Assembly: GCA_964016885.1 (NCBI GenBank)
Contig: OZ024752.1
Coordinates: forward strand, 6,138,001 to 6,202,000
Reading direction: 5' to 3'
From: Eledone cirrhosa
Lineage: Eukaryota
DNA: 64,000 bases
Shown: positions 63,664-64,000 of the stretch, piece after piece
Layout: each line of letters opens with the position of its first letter
How positions within the stretch are numbered: position 1 is the first letter of the stretch
Made by a program: the position numbers and the translations under genes
Notes under the pieces: generated by a model
The model's input: the letters and a program-made list of their open reading frames with translations, nothing else
Database searches by the model: none
Told to the model about the DNA's origin: nothing

Positions 63664-64000
63664 CTCCGGCCAACAACTGATTCTTTTTTTCAAATACCAC
63701 TTTGGAAGAAGAATCGGGATGGAGAGAGAGGTGCTGTACCCCAGCAAGTTTTATGAAAGGTGGGTGAAAGTGGTGAGAATGGCCCGAGTGAATGGGCCTT
63801 CTCTCTATATCAGCCTGTAGGTTGAGGAAAAAGAGGACGAGAGGAGAGGGGTACTCACTCTTCGTACTCCTGGAGATGAGGGTTGCACATTTTTTCGGGG
63901 GTATTTGTTACCCATATGTAATGTCTCCCCATATTGGGGAAAATCGATTAATTTTAAAATTGCATTTGTGATAGTATTTTACACGTTTTTATTGTATGTA

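Overview
Repeat-saturated animal genomic DNA, most consistent with a cephalopod (Octopus-like) genome; this is inferred from the extreme (TA)n/(CA)n/(TGG)n microsatellite load, the SINE families and a mollusc-type tropomyosin. Almost all ORFs in the supplied track are microsatellite or minisatellite artefacts. Real coding sequence is limited to (i) a terminal coding exon of an unidentified membrane protein (8085-8758,+), (ii) a single-exon, internally shortened 174-aa tropomyosin-like gene (22941-23465,-), (iii) a young, 5'-truncated Penelope-like retroelement (PLE; RT + GIY-YIG, 37128-41848) with an apparently identical 1436-bp inverted copy of its 3' end, and (iv) RTE-LINE fragments. The most striking signal is a set of about nine short fold-back elements between 27 and 48 kb, from several unrelated sequence families. 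Most share the big PLE's geometry, (TA)n - inverted arm - spacer - arm - unpaired tail - (TA)n, and several carry intact or decayed minimal hammerhead ribozyme motifs. One (30947-31613) shares the terminal motif, the exact inversion endpoint, NRF1/YY1-like motifs and hammerhead position with the coding PLE. Two tRNA-derived SINE families (>25 copies or fragments), two hAT-type MITEs and about nine minisatellites fill the rest. All alignments and counts were done by eye.
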